Source of the DNA: Balanoglossus misakiensis
Taxonomy: Eukaryota > Animalia > Hemichordata
Assembly (NCBI GenBank): GCA_040954595.2
Contig: JBECUI020000026.1
Location: 372,001-436,000 of the forward strand
Direction of reading: 5' to 3'
DNA: 64,000 nucleotides
Of this stretch, positions 47,867 to 61,400 are shown one piece after another; position 1 is the stretch's first letter; every line of letters starts with the position of its first letter. Made by a program: the position numbers and the translations under genes. The notes below the pieces were generated by a model, which was given only the letters and a program-made list of their open reading frames with translations, was not told the DNA's origin and searched no databases.

Positions 47867-49285
47867 GGGGGGACACCAACATCGTAGTCAGTGAGGTCAT
47901 CTATGGTGGTGGGCGCGTCTTCCACTCGGCACTCCTCCGCGCACGCTTGGGGGATAAAAAATGCATCAAAAACCCCTGGCGCGTCCTCGCTCCCCCTGCG
48001 TCGATGGATTCTGTGCGACTGCTTCCGCCCCCGTCCTCTCTGGTTGCTGTGTCCGGATTGATGATGTTTTCCGGTGAGGTCGGATTTCCCGGAATTCTTC
48101 CTGTCGTGATTGGGATACCCACCTCAGCAGTATGCTAAGGACACGCCAGTGGATGAGAATCGCTGGTGTGGTGGGGGAGCTCAGTCGGAACCTGTTCGGC
48201 ACCTCCCACCCCTGGAAGACGCACAGGCGCTTCATCATCACCATGGACTCCGGTGAACAAAAGGATTCCGTAGGGATCCGTCCAGGTCCGCCCCTGCGGA
48301 TATAGAAGTCTAGCAGGTCGGGTATTTCATTTCCTGGACCACACAGCCAGTATAGGTGAGTTTCTCTAACGCCTCCACCGCGTCCCGCTCGCGGAATACT
48401 ACCGGCTTCTCAGTAAAAATAACTGGAAGGTGGCACTGAAAGGCGTGTTTCTTCAGTTTGCGCGTGGACCTCCGGCCTCCCGGGAACGGACATGGAGAAG
48501 GGCCTGATGAGTAATGTGGAACAGAGGATAGGGGGCTCCTTCGGGCCGGCCTGGCGCTCCTCCAGCGGCGTTCGTCTTCTTTGGGCGGTTCCGGCGTCGG
48601 ATACCGGATCGGTGATCGACGTCTGGGGCTGAGATCTCCCCAGCGTGAAAAGGATGGTCGTTCACGGGAAGGTGGGCGGTCCCGCCTTTCCTCTCGAGAA
48701 CGCTCCGGTCGCGGCGACCGGGTTGGGGATCTGGACCTAGTAGGGCTGCCGGGGTGGCGTCGAAGTTCCCAGGGGATTAGATATTCCCCCGCCTCCAACG
48801 TCGCCTCCACCTCCAATGGGTTGATCAGTGACTGCAGCGGCAGCATTTCTTGGCGTGGGGGTGATGGCTCCTACAGCAGCCGTTGGTTTCCCCCGTCTCT
48901 CGCTACTGCTATTGGGGGTGATACACGGGTGCGGGGTGGGTCTGGCCCTTCCGACACCTCCATCGCCTGGTCCTTGTCGCCACCGAGTACCTGTTTTTCC
49001 AGCTGCGGATCCCGGAAGATGCTCAAAGTTTCCTCCAGGTCGTCAGCTGCGGTGGTGGTTCTTGTGGGCTCTTGCGGGGAGATATGGCCAACGAATCCCC
49101 CACGTACGCGGCCTGGATTGAACTCCCGAGGTAGTGTGCAGGTTTTTATGGCTGCGTCGGATGGTACGGGCAGGTTGGCTTCGGTCTTTTCCTTCCCGTA
49201 TACATGCATGGCCTCCTCCCGTACCGTGGACATCCATCCTATGTCGCCTAGAACCGTGGCTACTTGACAGTTCTCACGGAGCATC
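47867..49285 (-). pseudogene. GC-rich frameshifted ORF: Arg/Pro linker, C2H2-like finger, HWR domain, possible start of a TatD-like nuclease; truncated at the Gypsy LTR
   Basis: Stitched frames: CPFPG(G)RRSTRKLKKHAFQCHLP...EIPDLLDF...MKRLCVFQGWEVPNRF..SPTTPAILIHWRVLSILL...PGVFDA..TIDDLTDYDVGVPP. The TatD link is recalled from similar invertebrate proteins; no HxH motif is preserved here. Confidence 0.45.
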
Positions 49286-49308
49286 AGGAACAGTATTTTA
49301 TGTCTCAC

Positions 49309-50202
49309 CTCCACTTCAGTTGTCGCTGTTGTATTTAATGTGGACGATGTTTTATATCTGTTGATAACCAATGGGCCTAGTTTAACTGTGGCACCTACAT
49401 CCAGTGGCAGCGCTGTTTTCTCACCCCAAAGGTTGACTTCAGCATCTCTTGTGCCATCAGTTATGGTCAGTTTACGTCTCTTTGTAGAATTCGATGTATG
49501 TGTCACTGATTCATACTGTAGTGGAAATAAAATGGAAAACATTGAATGTTAATAATTACGAGTAGTAAATGTTGTGGAGAAATAGTGCAAGAGTGGTTGT
49601 TTTTTGTCAGTTGCTTTTTAAAATTTGAACTGCAAAATGATGAATCGATGGCAGTAATTTTGACCCGAGGTGAGTTGACAAGGCATGGTTGTATCATATA
49701 AATGGATTTTCAATGTACGTGATCGCATGGAGGCTGCCATATTGGATTACATCCGAAGACCTTCCCATTGGGCTTCGGTTGAATTCGGGAAAGGTCTCTA
49801 AAATGTAATGGGTCATTCAATTTTGTAGAGTAAATTTCTAAAAATGTAGAAGATGGGAGGTTAAGATACCCAAAATGACTACGGCAAAAAAAAAGTCAGG
49901 CCCATAAGTTACGGGGTGCGATTATAACGTACCTTTGCTCTATCATAGAGGCAAATGGTATTATCTCTTCCAGTGGAAAAGTTGCGGAGCTGTACGTATT
50001 CTCCCTTCTGTAATCTGTTCAGCCACTTCGGATTTTCTTTCCAGAATTTAAGTTCCAGAACGTTGCCATCCTGCTGCATACAAGGCACGCTAAACAGTTT
50101 CCCGTTGGCGGAATTCCGGATCTCGACATCCTCCATGAGGCGCAATTTCAGTGCCACGCCTTGGCTGGTTGGGGATGAGGGACCGGGAGCCGGGGATGCC
50201 AT
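49309..50202 (-). pseudogene. Intron-containing gene with tandem OB-fold (RPA/SSB-like) domains, 3' part apparently lost
   Basis: Exon 50202-49933 (..LELKFWKE..LQKGEYVQLRNF..) and exon 49515-49309 (KRRKLTITDGTRDAEVNLWGE..VGATVKL..INRY..LNTT) have GT/AG borders. Non-coding exon donor near 50488; CCAAT and TATAAA at ~50623-50635. Confidence 0.6.
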
Positions 50203-50920
50203 AACGCCGTTAAACCTGAAAAATAGATTGAGAGTGGATATTGTTTTACACAATTTTTGAACATTGAAGTAAAGTATTAGAATGATGGAGTCCGATAAAA
50301 AAGTGAGTTGGTGATTGCGGCATCCGACTTCGTTATTAAAAATGGAAAGATTTGCGATTTGAGATTCGGTTACCATTTGCAAGTTTGAAAGGAAATATTT
50401 CATTGAAGCACAGTGGCAACTACTGGGTTATGGAGAATTTTTGAAATGTTGATGAACGGAGACTTATTAGAATCAATGAAAACCTACCTTTAACGGTGTT
50501 ACGGTTACTAAACGTGAGAGACCGCTTGTCTCGTTCATCCGATTCTGAGCTCCTAGCTCTTGTGGAGACATGCGGAGGTACAGCGGGTTAACGGTTAGAA
50601 AGTGTTGATGAAAGAAATAAGTTTATAGGCCAATCAGGAGTTAGATTCGAATGTCCGAAAATGAGCTCGAGAAACCGTAGGCGAACGCAACAGACAGCAA
50701 TTTAAATTTGCATAACTAGAGGTTTGGGTGGAAAGATTTCAGAATTTAACGCACATATACAGATATTTTGAGTATATTATAAATAGTACATGTAATAAGA
50801 CTGTGAATTGATTTTATTTACTGACAATTAAATGAAGTTACCCTTTGAGTATGGGTGTTTATCGAGGGGGGGGGGGGTCCAAACAAATGTTAGAAACTGT
50901 TGAAGATGAAACCGGAAAGA

Positions 50921-51843
50921 TGTAGCAAATTCGTTAGTTTTCCCTTTTTTGGAAATTATGCTCGAAGCGTGTGATTGGTCAATTAGTCAGAAGGGGATTG
51001 GTTGGAAATAGTCGAATATGATTGGGCAATAAGTTCGAAGCTGAAATCCCTCAGGCTGTATAAATACGGTGTTTGTGGCGTGTACTAATGGAGTATGGCT
51101 GGGGTGTGTTGTGTCGAGCAGTCTAGTATATCATTTGTGGGGCATTGAATATTTAGAACAAAGTTCTCTATGTCGGACTTCCTAACATATACTCGATCGT
51201 TGATAACAAAACGAGCAGATATTTTTGTGCAAATAGTGTGCGCAAAACAACAACTAAACATGAAGACAACAAGATAGTACTGCGTGCGGTGCGACTCGGT
51301 TGTAAGCGTCAAGTCAAAAACTGCAAAGACATGCAACAGGTGTAAATATAGTCGACTGAAATGCTGAAAAACCATGAATATCGATTGGCTCAAAGTGATG
51401 GGAATCGGCTCAACTTACCGGAGGGAATTGGTACATTATATAACGAGTAAACTAGAACGAAAGAAATCCCAGCGTGAACACTGGAAATTGTTCATAAATT
51501 AATATTTATACATGTATGTGTATATTGCGTAACCTTCGAAAATTCGAATATCATTAGCACTTGGCCTAAAAAGTTGTGCATTGCGAGTGGGACACTGGGC
51601 AATTATTTTTATGGGCCGCCATCGCTATGCAGTTTAGATGTAGTATTTTACTCAACTTTTACCGGCAAGTGAGTGATTTGCTTTCAGAAGGTAATGAGAC
51701 GGAAATAAACTTATGCAATCAGAGTTAATTATTCGTGAGAATACAAACTTTTGTACTAGATTTATTGTAATTTTTCAGTGTATACTCCTGGCCTTCGCAG
51801 GACTTTCATTTTTTACCCGGTTTGTGTGTTTTCGGGTTACCCA
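50921..51843 (+). mobile_element. Candidate degenerate LTR of an older element
   Basis: Purine-rich gaagatgaaaccggaaaga then TGTAGC; several ATTGG boxes, TATAAATA (51059), AATAAA (51704), ends ..gggttaccca. No second copy in the window. Confidence 0.35.
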
Positions 51844-52177
51844 TGGGCACTCTCTACCTGTTTTAAAACTCTGAACAAGTCGATGTCACGTGTATCATTT
51901 TATGTACGACGTACATCATTATAATAATGCTATAGTGAAGTTTTTAAAAAGGAAATATTTTTTTAGTGTTATTCTCTTCGTTTTTTTTATGACTGAAATA
52001 TGCTTGTGCTTGATGGAAAAACCGGATTCAACCTTAGCTTAATATATGCATTATCGTTCGCAACTGACGTCATATAATGTAGCAATTTCCCTCCGGTTAA
52101 ATTGAACCAATCGGCATTCCCGTTTTTCCACCATTTCACTCGAATATCTAACTCCAGGATCCTGATTGGCCTATTAA

Positions 52178-55100
52178 CCCAAAGGACTAGATTGCACTGT
52201 AATATTATTACAGCTTCATTTCAATGCAACAGGTACACTACATCATATTGGAGCAAATATGCCAGCTCAACATTGATATAAAGAGTGTCAAAATATTGGT
52301 GGCTACAAAAGCTTGTGTCCCTTCAATCCATCCTCGCACTCAGGTGAAAACGAACGTCATTAGTTTTTGGGAAAAAACCTCTGAAATCAATTTCGGTGAG
52401 GCCAAATGTGTTCCAAAGGCAAACCGTTTCTGGTAAACAAATCAATGGCAAATAATTACTTCGGCGACATACCAATCAGTCAACATGGCTGCCTAATCGT
52501 TGGATAGCCCGGTTTCATCTCGCGATCATTCTGTCTTCCGATATGGCGTTGCATGGTTAAATTCGTCTCTTCTTTGCCGACATAGTCAGGCGACAGCGGT
52601 CGAGAAGCATAGGCAGCGACGCCATCTTGTTTACAATGTGAAGTATCGACTGCGCATGCTCAATAATTTTCCGCGTTTTTTTTTTGCCAACGGCGCGCGC
52701 GCGGTGTCTGGTATAGAGAAAATAACATGCAAGTGCGCGATTATTCATTTGTAAAAAATCAGTTATATATTTGTCATCAACGTTTGAAAACTTTCAATGA
52801 TCTTACCTCGGTAAGCATTTCAAATAGGTACATTTTTATTTAGAACCATCGTATGTGGAAAATAATAAAACACAGAGTGGGGATTGGCCCTATGTTTGAC
52901 TTGATCATACCCAGCTCGGTTTGCGTTTTGTCATTGACGAGGGTGTCAGACTTTTGCTGAGAGAGTGAGTTTCTATAGCGTAAACGTTTATCGACTGGAC
53001 TTTCTGTGCGCCAACAATTACATTATTTTTGGCCGGGGAACACGTGCAACTTTTGATGACTGTTTTTCTAGCGCCGTGTTTTTATCTTACGACCTAGAAT
53101 ACCTGCTTTCGTCACCATGGTCTGCTCTGCACGTACTATGCTTTCCAGTTTATGTAGCTTGAAGTTGTACCACATTTTGGTTTCCGAGCTGTAGCGAACA
53201 TAAAACCGAAACTAATAGCTACGTGTTGACCGCAGCGACTGCGTGTTTTTTTGTTGTATTCCCAACCTACAGTTTATTCTCATGCAGCTCAGACTGAGGT
53301 CGCTTCTAAGAGAAAAAACAACAACATATTTTGGCTGCTGCCAGACCAGGAATGGAAAATCTTGAGTGGCGCTGGGCTGCATTTCTCTGTAGGACTGTAG
53401 TTGTATTGTGCAAGGGTTCGCCAGCATCGCCTTCAGACTTGTTGTCATAGTCACTGGTGGCGGTTTGTCCTGCACTACTCGTCGTTCTATTTGATGTGGT
53501 GGTATTATTCCCAGATGTCTGTGCCGAGGATCCTGCCCGTTTTCCGATTCTCTTCGTTTTGTCGGCCATTTGCTTCACTTTTTCTGTCATTGTTGCGACG
53601 TCAGTCTCTGTTGTTGTTCGAAGGAGGCGAAAGTCCATTCACCATTAATAGCCGAATTTCCAAGATCGTCCGTTAATTACAATGCGACGTCACGCTACCA
53701 TGTCCTAAGAAAGACTACAGGGCACATTTTTTATCTCGTGCGCACGACTTACGTGTGCATGTGATATTTTCTCGTGAACACGAGTGCGCTCGCAATTTTC
53801 TAAATAAAAGGAACAATATTAATTTATTGTTGGGGCTCACCTCCGTTAACATCTTGCCGTCTCTGCTGAGTTTTGGCCTCTTCCAGCGGCACGTGTTTGT
53901 CCTTTAGGGCATGCTGTAAAATATTTAGAATAGCGCTGCCATTTGATCAAAGGATAAGCTGGCTTCGCGTGTTAGGGATGTGTGGCTGACGACTATGCCT
54001 CGAAGCAAAAGACACAGCCGACCCTGCCACGCATATTCATTTGTTGTGTCACACATTTTCGATCCAAGAAGAGAATATCAACCTTGACGTTGCGAAAATG
54101 ACAAGAAACTTTCACTCATATAGGTTGTGTGATTACTTACCCGCAACTTGTTGGGAATTGCTGTCACCAGAGGTGCCCACAGCGTGAAAGCCAGAATGAC
54201 TGCGACGCCTGCATTGGAGTTCGTCATGAATGGAAACATCGATGAACACGTTCGGTCTTCGATGAGGCTAGTGTCCACAGAATAGGCATTCTTTTATAAC
54301 GCAGCTGGGAGGTGGTAAATCCATTGTGATCACCATGCTATTAGTAGCCCAAGCAGTCAAAATTTGCGAAAAATATATAAATATGGAAAAAATATATCAA
54401 TGGGATCAATAGTTATTAAGCACTTTTTAAAAACAAATGACACCGTAAGATCAATTATCTTGTTTTCCGCGACAAGTTTCAACATGGTATGTCAGCGCTA
54501 CCAGTGAATAATATTATTAGAAACTATGACAGCTGTAACCGTGCGATTAATGATTTCATCAATTTTAATCATATACTTGTGAATATTTGCGCGGGTGCTG
54601 GTTTAATAAAGTGTGTTGATATATAGGTGGAAGACTGTTTAGTTTTCCAGTCAATTATGTGATGTATTACGCCTGACGCTTAAATGATTTGGTCTAGGGA
54701 GAATAACCGCGTTTGGCCGGTCAAGCGAACCCTGGATCTTGCAGGCTCTGCCCACTTTCCAATCAACAACCATTGAGCATGCGCAGTTGATACTTCACAT
54801 TGTAAACAAGATGGCGTCGCTGTATATGCTTCTGGACCGCTGTCGCCCGACTATGTCGGCAAAGAAGAGGCGAATTTAACCAAGCAACGCCATATCGGAA
54901 GATAGAATGATCGCGAGATGAAACCGGGATATCCAACGATTTGGCAGCCATGTTGATTGATTGGTAAGTCGCCGAAGTAACTATTTGCCATTGATTTGTT
55001 TACCAGAAACGGTTTGCCTTTGGAACACATTTGACCTCACCGAAATTGATTTCAGAGTTTTTTCCCAAGAACTAATGACGTTCGTTTTCACCTTTCTGTC

Positions 55101-55472
55101 CCGAAGTTGCAAACGTGTTGTCTCTGAGAAAATAAATGTGATTTGTACCCGCGATAATCATAGTTCGGATTTCAACCCACAACATCAACGCCAGCCATTC
55201 ACCAACATGTGCCAGATAATGTTTATCAGTCATATTTTCTCAGTCTGAATTTACAAAAGACTAATTGTATATTATGCACATTGCAATTTTAATATGTAAC
55301 ACGTTTGACCTGAGTGGGAGAATGGATTGAAGGGACACAAGCTTTTGTAGCCACTTATATTTTGACACTGTTTATATAAATGTTGAGCTGGCATATTTGT
55401 TCCCTTATGATGTAGTGTACCTGTTGCATTGAAATGAAGCTGTAATATTAAAGTGCAATTTAGTCCTTTGGT
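52178..55472. mobile_element. piggyBac-like non-autonomous element (~3.3 kb) with long TIRs
   Basis: TTAA|CCCAAAGGACTA at the left end; TAGTCCTTTGGT|TTAC (degenerate) at the right. 52178-52662 is the reverse complement of 54774-55472 with a ~210-bp deletion. Only the right part occurs at ~16978-18653 and ~28182-29857. Confidence 0.65.
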
Positions 55473-58400
55473 TTACTGGGAAAATGAGGTCTATAAATGA
55501 CAGGTTTATTTAGATATATGATATATTTCTCACAAGCACTTATGCATATGTATGAGATACTTATTTATTTTTAATTTATGTATTTATTTTTAATTTATTT
55601 TGTATGTTCAGGTAATCATATGGATTTGTATGGAATCACATACACATTAATTAAAGACTATCATATCACAGAAGTCGAGCCTCAACATGTGTAAGGTAAC
55701 CATTTAGGTTTCATGACTAAGTTTGTTTAAGAATTCATAAAGCACGAATTCTACCTAATGAATGAATTTTCTTAGAATTTCACAACTGTGACAGGGTTTG
55801 CAGTTATACGAAAAAGTGTTATTATTCACATACGAAACTTTTAGTATACATTTTTCTGATAGCAATGCATTTAACTTTGAACAAATATTGACGTCAGTTA
55901 GTAGTGCTATTTTGTCAGTGAAATTGCTTCATCATCATCCCTCCAACCAAAGTTGAAACTGAGTTGCAAATATTGCACAGCTTGAAATCATAAAATGTTG
56001 CAAAATTGAACCAACCATTCGGTCAACGATTATGTTCTTACAGCTATTATTAGAAGCAGACAGTCTCAGGGAACAAGATACATGGGCCTGATTTGCAAAC
56101 TGAGTTGGAACTAACCTTGCCTGCCCATGGATGCGCCAATTCAGTGAATCTTATCGTATTAAAAATGAATATGGAGAACTATTCTCTGTGTTGTGATTGT
56201 TAGCCTACATGTATACATATGTACCTTGAGTGATTCCACTTTCTTCAGTGTCCTGTGAATTCAGTTGCCATAACTTGCGCTTCACACAGCGCATACATGT
56301 AGGTCTAATCAATTGGGCAACTGGGTCTTACAATATTATCTGATGCCTCTTACTGGCCGAAGGACCACAAGTTGCATTTTCATATCGCATATAAATAGAA
56401 AACCCATTAATTTCTACTGTATGATTTTATTGACGATTCAATAGTTTCATGACTGTTAGTGTTAATTACAATACCTAAATTCCCAAATGAAAACATGCTG
56501 TCAGTTTTCATGTGATTGATATTAATTTTACAATTTCAAAATATGCTTAGCTCTGAATGATTATGAACATATCAAACTTCATGTTAAATAAACTGTCTTG
56601 ATATTGTATACATTAAGGCCTACTACCAGTGTCACAACATTGATTTCCTGCATTTTTGCTCATGCCTTCTGACCAGTCAGTTGCCTCTGTATGTGTGTAT
56701 GTAGTATGTATGGATGTATGTATGTCTGTCCACATCAAAAACTTGAAAACCCCTTCGCGTATCCCCTTGATATTTGGTGTGTAGATGTAGGCCAGCCTGT
56801 AAATAGGATTTTGTTCATATTAAGAAGGTTGAAGTATTTTCATGATTGGTTTTATTTGATTACTCCAGAAACATACAATACAGAGTCTGTGTGGTAAGTC
56901 TTGATATTGGGTTTTTAGATGCAGGCACGCCTGTTCAAATGAAATATGCTAATTACCTGGAGCAATGTGAAATTGATCAAAACTCAGAAACTCAACAACT
57001 GGTCAGATTGCTTTGAACATTTGTATGCATGTAGCTTATGTCACGCCTGATATACTTTCAGCTAATATCGTGAATTGTATCTAGAATTTAGTAAGCTATT
57101 TCCTATAGGTAATCTTTGTTAGTATTGTTTAAATTGTGGCAAAATTTGTAATTTTTGGGAAATGTAATTTTGTCATTTTTGGTCAAAAATCATTTTCTCT
57201 GAAACTCCATGTCAGGTCAGGTTGCATTTAAATTTTGGTTTGCTTGTTCCATGAGGTAACCCAAGTAATGTTGTATATCATTTTGGTGAAATTTGCATAT
57301 TTGTGGTCTTGAGGCAATTTTTGCAATTTGTATTCTTTGAAACCGCATGTCAAATTGCTTTCAATTTTGGTAGGCATGTTCCTTGTGGTGATTGAAGTGA
57401 GATATTGTTGGATTTGTTGATATCTGAATTTTTGTGGTTGAGGCAGTTTTTGTCATTGTTGAAGAAATGTTGTTTTCACTGAAAATACTCCGATTCCTGT
57501 GAAATTGTATTAGGTTACCTGGTAGGTCATATCTGCTTGGCAATGTCACAGCGGTGTACACACCTATTTTTGTGTAATCCAAAGTGTGTAATAACCTAGC
57601 AAATATTTACTAGTAAATCATGTATGTTCTACTTCTTACAAGGTTGAAGTATGTTGATGTCTGGGTTAAATGGGATTCTTCAGAAACATACAATACAGAG
57701 TCTGTGGTACAGTTCATGGTCACATTCAGAATTACCTAGTCTATATCCAGCCGTGTTCTGTCCGCTTTGCTTCCAAAAGTATCGTCTAGTGTCATGCATG
57801 CCACTTGCCCAATAATCGGACACCCCTTGCTGGGAAATTTGATGTAACAAGTGTCCCTTAGTGAAATTATTAACATAAACTGAACAATGTTGATTTGGCG
57901 TAAGATTATAGTGAAGGCAGGGCTTATTACATTGAAAATGCTATCCAGCCTTAATTACACATTATGAATATCCTTTGTCCAATCATTGGAAAAACAATGT
58001 ACCGTAGACTTGCATAGCACTTTGAAGGTGAATCGCAAGTGGTCACTTTAATTACATTACCTCAAGCAGTCTTTTACATGTAGCTATAATAAGACAAACA
58101 TTCCCGGTGTAATTAACATCACTGTTGTTATTAGTATCTATCTCCGATAAGTATCAAGTCTGCCTTATGTTATTTTAAGTCAATTGTCAGGTTCATGTAC
58201 ATATTTTACAACTTATCTATCTTGTCAAAAACTTTCGCATGTACCTAATTCTAGGCTTACCAGTAGGGTTATAGATACAGTGTATTATATTAACATGCAT
58301 TAATATGAAACTAAATGTTGATGGTTAATTAAAGACCCCCTTGAGCTATGGTAACCTCATTAAATATGTGCATATCTTATTCTAGAGGATGTGGTAACCT

Positions 58401-61400
58401 GGACATGGACAACTCTGGGGTCAAAATCTTTTGACAAACTTTTGGGTGATCTTGGGTAAACTTTGACCTACATTCCTATATCTTGGCATCCGGCACAGAT
58501 ACATCCTTGACACTTGGAGTTATGGAACTATGTAATGGAATATTATGTCTTGTCTCATTAATTATGTACATACCTAATGCCAGCCTAACCAATAGGGCTG
58601 GAAGTCTGCCTTTTTTGGACATGATACATTTGAGATCAACATTTTTCTACAGCAGCCAGCCTTCTCTTAAAAAGAATGGACAATATAAAGGCTTTGCTGG
58701 TATACTGAACTTTTGACTCCCTCCCTGAGACTGTGTGCCAATGACGGGATAGCCTACTCACCGTTGGGTAGATCCTAAGAAGGCCTCAGCCAGGCATCAG
58801 ATACAAAAAGCGGAAATCCAAGCTTTAATGGTGGGTTACATCGTTAACTTCCCTGCAGAGCAGACATTTCTCAGACTGTGAGCCAATGACGGGTAAAGCC
58901 CCTAGGTAGGGGCCACCTAAGACAGGCCGGTCATGCTTTAGTCACAAAGAAGGGCAAGTTCAGTCATACCATAACTTTGTCTGCTGTATATGCTTCATAA
59001 TGATTGCATGGTATTTTGAGAATACATTGTCTTAAGGCAGTGTGACCAGCTAAAAAGTACTGGCAAACACAGCCAATGTGTAATAAAAAACATCTAATTT
59101 GGCTGAATAAAAGACATAAAACACAGCAAAAGCACTGTGACTAGCTGAGACATAATACTCCATTATGCATTTCCATCACTCCAAGTGTCAAGGTTGCATC
59201 TGCTCTGGATGCCAAGATATAGTAATGTTGGTCAAGGTTTACCCAAAGTCACCCAAAGTTCTGTCAAACAATTTTGACCCCAATGTTGTCCATGTTTAGG
59301 TTTCTCCCTCCACTGGATAGCCTACAATTAGATATGCAAATATTTAATGACGTTACCATAGATTAAGGCGGTCCTAAATTAACCATGAAATTATAGTTTC
59401 ATGTTAATTCTTGTTATTACAAAACACTGTATCTATAACCCTTCTGGAAGCCATACTTTTTTTCATGCTACCCAATATGTGAAAGTAGGTAAAAAATCAG
59501 CCAAGGTTATTTGAAATTTTGCTGAAAAAAATCCGGTCCCTGACATTTGGTAAAGGAGTCAAGACACTTGGCAACAAATTTTTGTCCCAGATTAGAACAT
59601 ATTCATAAAAAACTCAGGGAAAGAAGGAAGTTTTTCACAGCTTTGGTGCTTCAAATAGTAGAGAGGTTCCCAAGTTATTTCAATGAAACCTTAATGTCAA
59701 CATTACATCGTTAGACTCGAACTCATCTGGCATAAAGCTGCTAGTTAAAGCCCTAAGGGTTGTGCCACTTTTTCATTATTTTCATCTAAGATTTGTCAAT
59801 CTAAATAAGCTTACTGCTAGGTATACATCTACATGAACATCTTGTTGACAGACGATTGTGGCTGTAATTTAAAGAAGTCAGATATTTAACAGGTACCACA
59901 CCTGTTTAATCTGCCTCTATACAAAGGGTACACATCTATAGTGGTATGCATCACCTAGATATGACAAACATAAGCACTACAAGTAATATGGCTTTATGGT
60001 GGCGATTTTGAAGGATGTGGAGAAGATTTGAAAAACACTCTTGAGGAAAAAGATGTGTTAAATCTTTGAAATGTGTTTTATTCTTTGGTTCCCATTTCGT
60101 ATATGTCTATCTACCACTGGGACCAATGTGAAATTGGTGGAAACTGGTCAAATTGCTTTAGAAATTGGTGTGTATTCATTTTGAGACCTCATGGATTTTT
60201 TTTCATTTTTAGCTCACGTGAAAATCACGTGAGCTTATGGTTTAGCGATGTCTGTGTGTGTGTGTGTGTATGTATGTATGTGTGTGTGTGTCTGTCTGTA
60301 TACCCGATATCTCAAGAACCGCTGAACCGATTTCAACCAAATTTAGTACACAGGTTCAGATATCATATGGCAAGAACTGAAAATGTTTTGGTGGGTGTGG
60401 CTTTGATATTAATGAAGTTATTTAAGTTTTAATTTTTCTATTACATGGTTGTCTATGTGAGCTTTCGTTAATGCCCAGTGGAAACGATAGTTTGAGGAGA
60501 TCGACTGTTTGAGGGCGCTGTGAAATGAGACATTCCTGGCGATATTGCCGTTGTTCTGTCCATGCTCAGACGATGTACCCGTCGTTACGAATAACTTCCC
60601 TACGTGAATCCACAAGGAAGCTAACGTTGTTTAGTTGCTTCATAGAGCGTAAATTGTTAATCTACAGGACTGTCAGACGAATACTCTTTTCAAATGAAGT
60701 TTGAAACTACTTACGAGTAAGTTAGTGGAGACAATATGGCGGATAGTTGGCGTGCAGCCGAATCCGTGTTATGACTATGACGTGACCCATTCATCAAGAC
60801 AAACCGTAAATGATTCACACATATTGTGGTCCTCACGCAGTCAATCTCAAAATGTCACCAGGTTTTCTATTTGTCTATTGTTCAGAGAAAAATAACGTGG
60901 CGGTTGATCACACTCAACAGTAAAATCCGTTTTGTGAGTTTATATACAGTCTGTTATCGCCAATACTATATAGCGATTGCTAGATGGCTTACCCAATATG
61001 TGATCGAGCGAGAATGATAACATTGAATGTCTGTTCAGATCTCATTCCGTACGTCATACGTCAACATTTCGATTTCGATTTAATCCATTCATAAAGAATT
61101 TAGAGAAAGTCGTCTTGAATTGTGACCCCGACTATCAATTTTACGATGATTTTTTGGCGACGGAATACACGAGACGCCATTGCATAACTACGTCAGCTGG
61201 ACTTCCAAGGTTAACATTTTGTGTGTATGGAATCTTATCACAGAGACTACGTACTTTGACAATATGCCATGCTATATCAATGACGCCCCAGAAAATTTGT
61301 CGAAAAATGAATTTGTCTTCTCATGGTGGTGCAATATATTTTAATGTCTATTTTGAGGTTGATTTTGGTTTTTGGCTAACATGTATATCAATGTCAGCTT

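Noticed and set aside
48581-49267. 228-aa plus-strand ORF
   Set aside because: Antisense shadow of the GC-rich minus-strand coding remnant.
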